From a virus (lineage: Duplodnaviria; Caudoviricetes): 33,908 bases of DNA. Each line of letters begins with the position of its first letter. The first letter of the stretch is position 1. The position numbers and the translations under genes are program-made. The notes under the pieces were generated by a model. It did no database searches, was not told where the DNA came from, and was given only the letters and a program-made list of their open reading frames with translations. This document shows, piece by piece, positions 1 through 8,083 of the stretch. The stretch covers positions 1-33,908 of IMG/VR virus record IMGVR_UViG_3300049023_000115; one strand, 5' to 3'.

Positions 1-1457
1 ATGGCATCGGCAAGCCCATCCGCAAGGTCGCTCGTGAACCGTTGGCTCGCGCGCTCCGCCTCCATCAACTCGTCGCCGGTTCGTTTGGCCCAGCCGGCCA
101 ATTCCTCCATGGACATATTGGCCAGGGAACTGTCCTCGGCCAGCGCCGCCATCGCCTCCTGCCCATCCTCCAGTACCTTGATAGGCTCGGGCGCGATCTG
201 AGCGATTTCATCCTTGATCCGCTTCTCGCGCTCCTTTGCGGTTTCGCCCGGCCGCATCGATCGGGTCCTGCCGCCGCCGCCTCCACTTGTGGCGAAGACG
301 GGCAGGCCTCCGCTTGAGGGCGCGGATGCCCCGAACCCGAGCCCGGCCAGGAGAGAGGATGGTTGCGCTGCCGGCCCCGCCTGCTCGCGGCGCATACGCT
401 CGATTTCATGGAGAAGCTCCCGACGGCGAGACAGGAGCGTCTGATACTGGGGGAGCTTCTGCATCCCTGGCGAGCGCTGATAGGGCTCAAGCGCACGGGA
501 ATTAGCCGCCAGTTGCTGGTTGAGGCCACCTTGGGTGTTACGCGCCGCATAACCCCACCCGGCCATCCCGCCGAGATAGGCCCCGCCCGCAGCGCCGAGA
601 GGGCCAAACCGGGCGCCTATCGCCCCGCCTGACAGCGCGCCAAGGATCGCCGCGGCCCGCTCGGGATTGCTGCCGAGGAACTGCGCCACGCTGGATGCGA
701 GCTGAGAGAGGGAGTTCGCGAGCACGACGATGCTCGTTGCGTTTTCGGCGACTGTCTTGGCGAGGCGGGCCTCGAGTTGCTGGCGGACCATGGCGAGCTT
801 GTCAGCGGCCTCATCGGCCTGGCCGATCAGCTTGTCTGAAAGCACAAGCCCGGCCCGCTCCGCCTCGTCGGCGAGCGCCCCCACCCCACGCGCGCCCTGC
901 GTCAGCAGCGGGTCGAGCTTTTGTCCCGCACGGCCAAACAGATCGACTTCGACCCGCGCGCGCGATGCCGGATCCTTGATGCGGGCGAGAGCATCGGCGA
1001 TGCGCGGGATGATCTGTCCGGCGCTGAGCACCTTGCCGTTCGCATCAGTCAGCGAGACGCCAAGCTCGCGGAAGGTCATCACCGCAGCCTTGTTGCCCGC
1101 GAGCGCCTCGCCCATCGTCCGGGTGAGCTTCTGCAGGCCGGCGTCCATTTCCTCTTGGGTCAGCCCAACCTGCGAGGCGGCGAAGCGATAGACCTGCAAC
1201 TCGCGCGTAGTGACGCCAAGCTGCTGCGCGACCTCGCCGAGCGACGAGGCATAATCGAGCGCTCGCTTGCCCGCCGCGACGAGCGCGCCGCCCGCGATGA
1301 GTCCGGACACCGCTTCGAAACCCGTCCTGATGCGGCCGAGGTGCCCCTCTATCGCCTTCGACGACTTCGCCGTCTGGTCGACTGCCTTGCGCAGCCCGAC
1401 GACGAAGGACGAGGATTCGAGGGTGAGCGAGGTGTAGAGACTGCCGACCTGCGCCAT
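1..1457 (-). CDS. Tail tape measure protein, N-terminal part (runs off the window)
   Basis: Absent from the ORF track. Manual translation from ATG 1457 gives MAQVGSLYTSLTLESSSFVVGLRKAVDQ...ALDYASSLGEVAQQLGVTTRELQVYRFAASQVGL. AAGGAGG RBS upstream; helical and Ala-rich; follows the tail chaperones. Confidence 0.9.
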   Translation of the reverse strand, partial: MAQVGSLYTSLTLESSSFVVGLRKAVDQTAKSSKAIEGHLGRIRTGFEAVSGLIAGGALVAAGKRALDYASSLGEVAQQLGVTTRELQVYRFAASQVGLTQEEMDAGLQKLTRTMGEALAGNKAAVMTFRELGVSLTDANGKVLSAGQIIPRIADALARIKDPASRARVEVDLFGRAGQKLDPLLTQGARGVGALADEAERAGLVLSDKLIGQADEAADKLAMVRQQLEARLAKTVAENATSIVVLANSLSQLASSVAQFLGSNPERAAAILGALSGGAIGARFGPLGAAGGAYLGGMAGWGYAARNTQGGLNQQLAANSRALEPYQRSPGMQKLPQYQTLLSRRRELLHEIERMRREQAGPAAQPSSLLAGLGFGASAPSSGGLPVFATSGGGGGRTRSMRPGETAKEREKRIKDEIAQIAPEPIKVLEDGQEAMAALAEDSSLANMSMEELAGWAKRTGDELMEAERASQRFTSDLADGLADA

Positions 1458-1459
1458 GC

Positions 1460-1909
1460 CTACCTCCTTCGGCGCGCGATGCGCGCGGCCTTCTTCGCTT
1501 CACGCTCGATACCATCGCGCAAGCCGCCGATCTGCTTGCCGAGCAGCAATTCGCGCAGGGATTCGACGATCGGGCGGAACCACGGCTGCGCCGGCATCCT
1601 GACCGTCCCGAACTCAAGGAAATTGCCCCAAAAGGCGTTCCCCGTGGTGACGTTCATCGTGATGTGGCCCTGGTTGCGGGCGCGCTGGCGGCGGATGCGG
1701 ATATTGTCGCGCAAGTGCCCATAATTCTTCGCTCGTTTCTTCTCGCGCGGATCATAGGGGGCGGCCTGGATAAGCTCGGACTGAAGCAGCCTTGCGGCCT
1801 CCCGGTTCGCGCGGACGCCGATCCTCGTGGAAACCTCGACGCCGAGCTGCTCGAACGCCGCCTTCAACTCAGACACGCCCTCGACCTTGACGCGATCGAC
1901 CTTCGCCAC
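1460..1909 (-). CDS. HK97-gp10 family tail component
   Basis: Motifs VEGVSELKAAFEQL, GHLRDNI and FLEFGTVRMPAQPWFRP. Start placed at GTG 1909 rather than 2074. Confidence 0.88.
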   Translation of the reverse strand: MAKVDRVKVEGVSELKAAFEQLGVEVSTRIGVRANREAARLLQSELIQAAPYDPREKKRAKNYGHLRDNIRIRRQRARNQGHITMNVTTGNAFWGNFLEFGTVRMPAQPWFRPIVESLRELLLGKQIGGLRDGIEREAKKAARIARRRR

Positions 1910-1911
1910 CG

Positions 1912-2231
1912 TCACCGCCCTTTCAACGCCCGTTTCCACAACCGCATCGAATGCATCATCTGCTCGGGGGACTGGCGGGCCTGCGCCCGCTGCCGGTCTC
2001 CACTCAAGTCCGCGAGCTTCGGAAACCGGCGCGGGTTCCACTGCGACAGTGCGCCGGAGTGCCATGCGAGCCACGCATTCTCGCGATGGCGCTGCTGCGC
2101 CGCCTCAACCCTGCCATCCATCACCGCGGCGAATGTGCGCGGCGTCTGCCGCCAGAAGGATTCTGGATCGAGCCCTTCACCAACCCATCGGCTCAACCAG
2201 CCGAGGACTTCCCATCCGCCGCCTTCCGAGG
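1912..2231 (-). CDS. Tail assembly chaperone, gpT-like part of a -1 frameshift (gpGT) product
   Basis: Lies in the -1 frame of the upstream chaperone. Reads GGGWEVLGWLSRWVGEGLDPESFWRQTPR, open from the slippery site at 2232-2238. Confidence 0.75.
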
Positions 2232-2549
2232 GTTTTTCGTAGCGCCCTCGCTCGCCGGAAACGCACCCGCCAGCGCCTTGCGCATCGCATCGGCCGCAAT
2301 TTTCGTGGTCGCCACCGCGATGATCTCACCTGCCTCGATGAGACCGCAAGGATGGTGCCGCTGGAGCCCAGCCCATACGACCGCGCGCAGCACCTTGAGG
2401 CTGGCGCCAGTCTCAAGATGACCGAGCAGTTCACCGATGGGGAGACCGGACGCGTCCTCAGCCTCGCACAACGCGTTGATGTCATAAGCGAGGGTGTAGC
2501 TCTGATCGCCGGCCTTGAACGATGCCTCGCCGCGAAGAGGGTTCGCCAT
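2193..2549 (-). CDS. Tail assembly chaperone (gpG-like / GTA-gp10-like)
   Basis: MANPLRGEASF...YTLAYDINALCEAED...LRAVVWAGL; directly follows the tail tube gene. Confidence 0.82.
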   Translation of the reverse strand: MANPLRGEASFKAGDQSYTLAYDINALCEAEDASGLPIGELLGHLETGASLKVLRAVVWAGLQRHHPCGLIEAGEIIAVATTKIAADAMRKALAGAFPASEGATKNPRKAADGKSSAG

Positions 2550-2977
2550 TACGCGCTAGGCCCCTGCGTCAGCGCGCCGCTCACCTTGAGGGTAGCCGAG
2601 AAGGTCTGCTTGCCGTCCACCTCGAACCCGTCCGGGCCGTAACTGGTGACGATGCAGCTCCCCTCGATATCCTCGGTGCCGGACGCCGCCTTGGCGACGA
2701 TCTCGAACGCGCGGACATCGCCATCGGCAAGCGCGTCGAGCATCAGGTCATCGGAGGCGGAGCCTGCGACATAATTGCCCTGGATGGTGATCTCGCCCGG
2801 GTCATAGGTGCCGTCGCCGATATAGGTCTTGGCGCCGCCGGCGGTATCGTGGGCGGTCGTCTCAATGGTCGCACGCGACTGCTGCGGCGGAGAGACGCTG
2901 AACACTTCAGAGACCGTGGTGAGAGTGGAGCCATTGTGCAGCTTGAAAACTGCACCGAACGAGGTCTTCGCCATCAT
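2549..2977 (-). CDS. Major tail (tube) protein
   Basis: IETTAHDTAGGAKTYIGDGTYDPGEITIQGNY...TFSATLKVSG motifs and position. Confidence 0.9.
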   Translation of the reverse strand: MMAKTSFGAVFKLHNGSTLTTVSEVFSVSPPQQSRATIETTAHDTAGGAKTYIGDGTYDPGEITIQGNYVAGSASDDLMLDALADGDVRAFEIVAKAASGTEDIEGSCIVTSYGPDGFEVDGKQTFSATLKVSGALTQGPSA

Positions 2978-2983
2978 TGTCTC

Positions 2984-3388
2984 CTATGCGGCGGCTGCGT
3001 GGTAGATGTGGAAATCCAGCGAGGTCCGGTGGACGAGAAGGCCGCTGGCGTCCTCCTCTGGATCGAAATCGATACGCGAGATCAGCTTGGCGTGATCGAA
3101 GGAGACGCCCCCCTCGGTCGCGCCGGGCTCCAGTTCATCGATCAGAGCGGCGCGCACCGCATCGACCTGCCCGGGCGAAGCCCCCCAGATATCGAACTGC
3201 ACGCGCGGCCTCTCCAGATCGTCTGCCGCGCCATGATGATAGGCACGGCCTTGGTCGATGACCTTGAACGAGATCGACGGCAGCGGATCGCCCTGCGGCC
3301 GCCACATCCGATAGACTCGGCCGCCCACAAGGCCGGCAATGGCCGCGTTTGCGAGCCTGTCCCGCAGCGCCGCCGTCATGCTCGCCAT
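2984..3388 (-). CDS. Tail terminator/completion protein (DUF3168-like)
   Basis: IAGLVGGRVY..RPQGDPLPSI...RVQFDIWG...AVRAAL; immediately upstream of the tail tube gene. Confidence 0.88.
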   Translation of the reverse strand: MASMTAALRDRLANAAIAGLVGGRVYRMWRPQGDPLPSISFKVIDQGRAYHHGAADDLERPRVQFDIWGASPGQVDAVRAALIDELEPGATEGGVSFDHAKLISRIDFDPEEDASGLLVHRTSLDFHIYHAAAA

Positions 3389-3391
3389 CGC

Positions 3392-3802
3392 TTACAGCGA
3401 CACGCCGCTGGGCTGGATGTCGACGTTCAGCGCCGTCGTGGATGTCGCCATGCCGATGAGGACGGAATACTCGCCCGACCCGATGTCCGCGACGGGGCAG
3501 ATACCACCCGGCGTATCGGATAGATAATAACCGACGCCTGCCGTGATGGTCGCGCCGATGGTGATCGAGCCCGACTTGAGAATGGCGATGGGCTGGTTGA
3601 TCGCGCCGCCGTTCAACGCAATGCCACGGGGCGCGCGAGCCGCTGCCGTCGCAGAATTGCTGTCGGCGAGCAGATATTTGCCCGTCGTGCTGTCGCGATA
3701 GACAACCTGCCCGGCGGTGATCGTAGCGCCGGCCGTGCCATGCTCGATGCCATCGGTTGAGCCAGCGACCACATTCGCCGCGGTGATTGTGATATCAGCC
3801 AT
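3392..3802 (-). CDS. Virion structural protein, cement or short-fibre-like (possible beta-tulip fold)
   Basis: AGATITAGQVVY...LADS...GIALN...YYLSDTPGG pattern; rich in small residues; GGAGGA RBS. The fold is inferred. Confidence 0.55.
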   Translation of the reverse strand: MADITITAANVVAGSTDGIEHGTAGATITAGQVVYRDSTTGKYLLADSNSATAAARAPRGIALNGGAINQPIAILKSGSITIGATITAGVGYYLSDTPGGICPVADIGSGEYSVLIGMATSTTALNVDIQPSGVSL

Positions 3803-3822
3803 CGTGTTCCTCCTTCATCCCG

Positions 3823-4161
3823 TCAATCCGCCCCGGCGCGCGCCGATATCTCGAGCCCTTCGCGTCGGCCGATCTCCATCACACTCAGGATCGCCCAGGT
3901 TTTCCCCGCGTAGCTGATCCGGTCCTTCGGGTTCACGTCGGCCACCAAGCTCGAATAGCGGATGCGAAAGACCATCATGGCCTGCGCCGCGATCTCAGCG
4001 TTAACGAGACGCTCCGATCCTGGTGCTGGCCACGCGCTGGCCCATGCCACCGCCAGATCGGTCCACTGCGGCAGCGGATCGCCATACTGATCTTCGACAG
4101 ACTGGAAGCGCTGGATCGTTATCCGCCGGTCGAGCTTGCCTGCGTCGATCAGTTTGCCCAT
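3823..4161 (-). CDS. Head closure (head-tail adaptor, SPP1 gp16-like)
   Basis: AGKLDRRITIQR...DQYGDP..W...FRIRY...DRISY...GRREGLEI. ATG 4161 overlaps the upstream TGA. Confidence 0.9.
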   Translation of the reverse strand: MGKLIDAGKLDRRITIQRFQSVEDQYGDPLPQWTDLAVAWASAWPAPGSERLVNAEIAAQAMMVFRIRYSSLVADVNPKDRISYAGKTWAILSVMEIGRREGLEISARAGAD

Positions 4162-4715
4162 CAGAACGCGTACCGCCGATACGGCGCGAGCAGCGACTTC
4201 ACCACCTCCGGCCAGGCACTCTCGCCTCGATTGTCGAACCATCCCGAGACAAGGAACTGGAGCGCAAGGCGAACCGGCTCTGGCGCGGCGTTGATGTCGC
4301 CATAGCCCACCACCGCCGTGATCGTGACCGCCGCCGGGCTCGCATAGACGCCTGGCCAGCTTTCCCCATCCGCGCGGCTGAGCATCGGCGCCAGGCCGAA
4401 CAGATGCGTCTCATAGACATCGCTCGAAAGCGTCTGGCTCGCTCCATCCACATCGAGATATTCGACCGTCACCGACTGCACCGGCGCTATCGGCAGATAG
4501 AGCGCATCGCAGAAACCGGCACGACGGAGCTTCACCGTTTGCGTGACGAGCCGAATCCCCGTCACATCTTCGATCGACTGCCGCGCCGCGATCATGAGGC
4601 CGAGCAGCGTCGAATCCTGGTCCGATCCGTCGATCCGGCACCATTCGCGAAGCTGCCCCATCGTGATCGGCTCGGATGCCGGCGCGACCGTCGTCTCGAT
4701 CGGGAGCCACGTCAT
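4161..4715 (-). CDS. Head-tail connector protein (long gp6-like form)
   Basis: PASEPIT..LREWCRID..DQD..L..AAR..IE..TG...AVTITAVVGYG...PEPVRLA...WFDNR...LLAPYR. Confidence 0.9.
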   Translation of the reverse strand: MTWLPIETTVAPASEPITMGQLREWCRIDGSDQDSTLLGLMIAARQSIEDVTGIRLVTQTVKLRRAGFCDALYLPIAPVQSVTVEYLDVDGASQTLSSDVYETHLFGLAPMLSRADGESWPGVYASPAAVTITAVVGYGDINAAPEPVRLALQFLVSGWFDNRGESAWPEVVKSLLAPYRRYAF

Positions 4716-4999
4716 TCACTCGTCTCCACCGATCCAATCCGAACGCTCACCGTGCGAACGTCCGTCCTGCCCTGGCTCGTCGTGATCGTGTTGGTCAGTT
4801 CATAGACGTGGCGGAACAACCCATCCTCGACGATGCAGCTCGTCGTCGCGCTGCTGATCGCGGGGGTACCGACCTTCACGGCAAGCCCGCCAGTTTCCAC
4901 CGGCGATACCACCCATGTCGACGTGCTGATCGTCTCACCGTCCGCCAGGGTCCATTCGATAGGGAAATCCAGCTCGGAGCCTGGGGCCTTGAGGTGCAT
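4712..4999 (-). CDS. Small structural protein, putative fibre-tail (collar) adaptor
   Basis: KAPGSELDFPIEW..GETISTSTW...YELTNTITTSQGRTDVR resembles the K-x-P-x3-LD[YF]-x2-[DE]W adaptor family; translationally coupled to both neighbours. Confidence 0.6.
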   Translation of the reverse strand: MHLKAPGSELDFPIEWTLADGETISTSTWVVSPVETGGLAVKVGTPAISSATTSCIVEDGLFRHVYELTNTITTSQGRTDVRTVSVRIGSVETSE

Positions 5000-6435
5000 T
5001 ACAGTCTCCGTGCCCGCGTCAATCTCGATCCGCCCGCCGCCGTAGCCCTTCCGCCAAACGCTCGCGTCGTGCGCGTCGCGCTGGGCAGGTAGGGTGATAC
5101 CGATTGGCCGGCCGCCGCCAGCGTCACAATACCGATCGCCGCTGCTGCCTCCGCGCTGATCGGAAGCACACCCACCGCCGATGCCGTCACCGGATCAAGG
5201 GTGATCGCCGCCCCTCCCGCGACAGGAAGGCTTCCAGCGCCCGATACCGTGATCGCCCCAAGCGTTGCCGCAGCATGGCCGTCGATCGGGATCGTGCCCG
5301 CCGACGACAGGCTGATCGTTCCAATGCCCTGCGCGAGTGAGCCCGTAAGGTTCTGCCCGCCCTCTGCCGCGAGGCCGATCGCACCGATGGGTGCCGCCAA
5401 ACCGCCAGCAAGAGCCAGTTGACCGGCCCCAGACAGTCCGACAGCACCAATCGACCCCGACAGTGCGCCGCCGATCGCCAACACGCCAGACGCCGAAAGA
5501 GACACCGCCCCAAGGCTGGCGGATGACTGCCCGGTGAGCGCCAAGGCGCCAGCGCCGGACAGCGCCACGCTTCCGATTGAAGCCGTGGCGGAGCCTGCTA
5601 TCGCGGCCGTCCCCGCAGCCGAAATGGCAACGGTGCCGATGCTCGCCGATGTCGTGCCCGCGATGGCGAGCGCGCCGGTCGCCGAGGCCGTTATCCCACC
5701 AACGGTGACCGACGCTTCGCCGGTAATGCCCGATGCCGCGGCGACGGCGGCGAGCATTGGTCCGAAGCCATGATCGTTCGCAACGCGAAGGCGATCGATG
5801 TTCTTCTTTGTGCCGATGGTGGTGCATGGCATCCGGAAGCCCCGGACATTGCCCTGCGCCGCCTTCATCGGCACCCATTCCTGAAAGATGTCAGGCCTGA
5901 TCTGGCAGGGAGGCGTCCCCTTGAACAGCGCCACGGCCTGCGCCTTGGTGAGCCGCCCATTCCAGCAGGCGAAATCCTCGATCAGTCCATCCCAGCCGCG
6001 ATTGGTCGTCTGGTTGTTGCCGATGTGCCACTTGCTGACAGTCGTCGCCGTAGGTGTGCCGGACGGAGACTGATTGGTGGTGACGGATGCCGCGACGCCG
6101 TTGATATAGACCGTGGGCGCAGCGGTCGAATTGCTGTCCCACATCATCACCGTGTGAACCCATACGCCGGTCGATGCGGAACTTTGCGCCGACCACTCCC
6201 ACTGCCCGCTCGTCGTCGAATAATTGCGCTGGAAGCGCATATTCGGCGAACTGAAATAAAGTTGATGGTCACCGTTCGCCGTATCGGAGGCAAAGACGCG
6301 CCCCAGACTATTCCCGCCGGCCCCGCGGCGATTGTACCAGAACGCCACCGTCTGGATGGAGCCCGGCGTGAATGAGCCGGTGCTGACCCTATCCGTGGTG
6401 CCGACGCCGAGCGTCGAGAAGAAGCCCCGCGACAC
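4999..6435 (-). CDS. LamG/ConA-like domain protein with C-terminal 21-aa Gly/Ala repeats (putative fibre rope or receptor-binding protein)
   Basis: LamG-like motifs TVAFW, GVWVHTVMMWD, VYINGV, HIGN..GWDGLIEDFACWNGRLT, then ten 21-aa repeats. Confidence 0.75.
   Translation of the reverse strand: MSRGFFSTLGVGTTDRVSTGSFTPGSIQTVAFWYNRRGAGGNSLGRVFASDTANGDHQLYFSSPNMRFQRNYSTTSGQWEWSAQSSASTGVWVHTVMMWDSNSTAAPTVYINGVAASVTTNQSPSGTPTATTVSKWHIGNNQTTNRGWDGLIEDFACWNGRLTKAQAVALFKGTPPCQIRPDIFQEWVPMKAAQGNVRGFRMPCTTIGTKKNIDRLRVANDHGFGPMLAAVAAASGITGEASVTVGGITASATGALAIAGTTSASIGTVAISAAGTAAIAGSATASIGSVALSGAGALALTGQSSASLGAVSLSASGVLAIGGALSGSIGAVGLSGAGQLALAGGLAAPIGAIGLAAEGGQNLTGSLAQGIGTISLSSAGTIPIDGHAAATLGAITVSGAGSLPVAGGAAITLDPVTASAVGVLPISAEAAAAIGIVTLAAAGQSVSPYLPSATRTTRAFGGRATAAGGSRLTRARRL
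5098..5727 (-). repeat. Ten degenerate 21-aa (63-bp) protein repeats
   Basis: ITGEASVTVGGITASATGALA / IAGTTSASIGTVAISAAGTAA / IAGSATASIGSVALSGAGALA ... ISAEAAAAIGIVTLAAAGQSV, with no indels. Confidence 0.85.
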
Positions 6436-6915
6436 CTATGCGCTCTGCGCCAGAATGCCTTGATAATGAAGCGAGTGATTGCCCCCGGTCGAATCGAGGG
6501 CCGCCCCGGACTGGTTTTCGATGACCAAGCCCCATTTCGCCGGTATGCCCCCATAGCCGAACGCACGGGCGAGATTGAACGTGCCGGTGAAGGTCGTGCC
6601 GTTCGCGTTCATCGTGATCGCGCCAAGGAAGGCCAGGTTGGTCTTTTCGCCCGAATAGGCGGCGTCGGATCCAGTCGCCCCGGATGTGTAGGTCGTGCCG
6701 CCGTCCGCCGTGGCATAGGCGTAGACGTTGACGAAACCGGTCGAAGAGGTACCGGCAGCGTTCGACTTGAGCTTGGCCGTCACGATAACGTCCATGAACA
6801 AGTCGGTGGTGTTATCGACAACGGTGGATTCGCGCGAGGACGTCGAGCCGAGCGAGGCAACCGTGCAGGTGATGGCCTGGTTGCCGGTGCCGAACTTCTG
6901 CTTGATGTCGCCCAC
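6436..6915 (-). CDS. Hypothetical beta-rich virion protein
   Basis: 159 aa, Thr/Gly/Ser-rich, alternating beta pattern, abuts the LamG gene. Confidence 0.65.
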   Translation of the reverse strand: MGDIKQKFGTGNQAITCTVASLGSTSSRESTVVDNTTDLFMDVIVTAKLKSNAAGTSSTGFVNVYAYATADGGTTYTSGATGSDAAYSGEKTNLAFLGAITMNANGTTFTGTFNLARAFGYGGIPAKWGLVIENQSGAALDSTGGNHSLHYQGILAQSA

Positions 6916-6919
6916 CGGA

Positions 6920-7327
6920 TCAGGCCCCCGGCGCGGTCAGCGTGAAGGTCGAGATGGTGAACGACTGGCCAGCCGCGAAACTGGTATTATCGACGGTCAG
7001 GTCGCCACCGCCGCCGGTCGCCGTCACGGTGCCCTGCCAGTGGCACGTGGTTCCATCCGAGGCGTAGAGCCGGAAGTGCGCCGCCGTGCCCGTAGCGTCG
7101 GCCGAAGCGTCCTGCCACGTCCCGGACTTGGCCTTGGAGCCACCGGATGCCGCCGCCATCCAGTCGGACGGAAGGCTGAGCGTGGCAAGGACCGTGCCGC
7201 TATCCGCAGTGCCGCAATTCGCAGGCGCGGCGCCGGTCCTGATCTTGAGCACCGCCGACGTGCCGATCGCCGTCTCGATCGCATCGAGCAGCGCGTTACG
7301 CACTGCGTCGGAGAATTGAAGGGCCAT
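6920..7327 (-). CDS. Conserved beta-rich virion protein (putative fibre bead subunit)
   Basis: RNALLDAI...LKIRTGAAPA...VLATL...ADATGTAAHFRL...QGTV...GGGDL...GQSFTISTFTLT is a pattern typical of minor phage structural proteins. Confidence 0.65.
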   Translation of the reverse strand: MALQFSDAVRNALLDAIETAIGTSAVLKIRTGAAPANCGTADSGTVLATLSLPSDWMAAASGGSKAKSGTWQDASADATGTAAHFRLYASDGTTCHWQGTVTATGGGGDLTVDNTSFAAGQSFTISTFTLTAPGA

Positions 7328-7339
7328 CTAAGCCTCGCG

Positions 7340-7369
7340 AAAATATGGGCCGCCGCGAACGACGGCCCA
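7340..7369 (-). terminator. Probable intrinsic terminator after the capsid gene group
   Basis: Minus strand reads TGGGCCGTCG-TTCG-CGGCGGCCCA-TATTTT. Confidence 0.6.
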
Positions 7370-7395
7370 GGTTGGCCCGCAGGAGAGGTCGCGGG

Positions 7396-7767
7396 TTAGG
7401 CTACGAGCACGTGGAAAACGCCGGTCTTGGCGTTCCCGCCCTGCGCCAGCACGATCTTCACGCGGTCATTCGCGAGCGCGATCCTGTCCTGAACGGCGGT
7501 GCCGCCGGCTGCGAACAAAGCCGCGGTGCCAGCAGCGTCCGAGGTCGCGACACGCGGGTTCGCCACGAAGGCTGCAGAGACGTTCGTCCTGGAGGCGAGC
7601 GACTGCCCCGTCGCCTCCGACGTGATGGTCATGTCGACCGTGTTATCGTAAGGCGTCGTACCATCGGGAACATAATGGACGGCATAGAGCAGCCCGGAGA
7701 GGCGCGGGGTGTATGCTGTCGCCGAGCCATCGGCGGCGGTCGTGACGGAAACCTTGTAACGCTTCAT
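7396..7767 (-). CDS. Hypothetical beta-rich head-associated protein
   Basis: 123 aa, strong AAGGAG RBS, lies between the major capsid gene and the terminator. Confidence 0.65.
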   Translation of the reverse strand: MKRYKVSVTTAADGSATAYTPRLSGLLYAVHYVPDGTTPYDNTVDMTITSEATGQSLASRTNVSAAFVANPRVATSDAAGTAALFAAGGTAVQDRIALANDRVKIVLAQGGNAKTGVFHVLVA

Positions 7768-7797
7768 GGTGTTTCTCCTTGAGCGGCGCTCGCGCGC

Positions 7798-8031
7798 CTA
7801 TCTGGACTTGCGCCCGGTGGCGGCCTTGTTCGCGGCAGCCGCGCCTTCGGCCTTGTTCGCATGATCAGGCTCAGCCTTCGCTGCCGGCTCAGGGGCCGGC
7901 CCGATGGGCTCAAGAACATGCGGGATTAGATGCTTGACCTCGGTCTCCAGCGCCGTACGCGTGTCGCCCACATTGTAGAGGCGATCTCCGTCATGGCGCC
8001 GAACGACGCGATATTCGGTCATCTTGCTCAT
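7798..8031 (-). CDS. Small hypothetical protein after the capsid gene
   Basis: AAGGAG RBS; YRVVRRHDGDRLYNVGDTR followed by an Ala/Lys-rich tail. Confidence 0.7.
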   Translation of the reverse strand: MSKMTEYRVVRRHDGDRLYNVGDTRTALETEVKHLIPHVLEPIGPAPEPAAKAEPDHANKAEGAAAANKAATGRKSR

Positions 8032-8083
8032 GATGAACTCCTTGCCCGGCGGACATCAGCCCGCCGGGTCAATGAGGAAGCGG

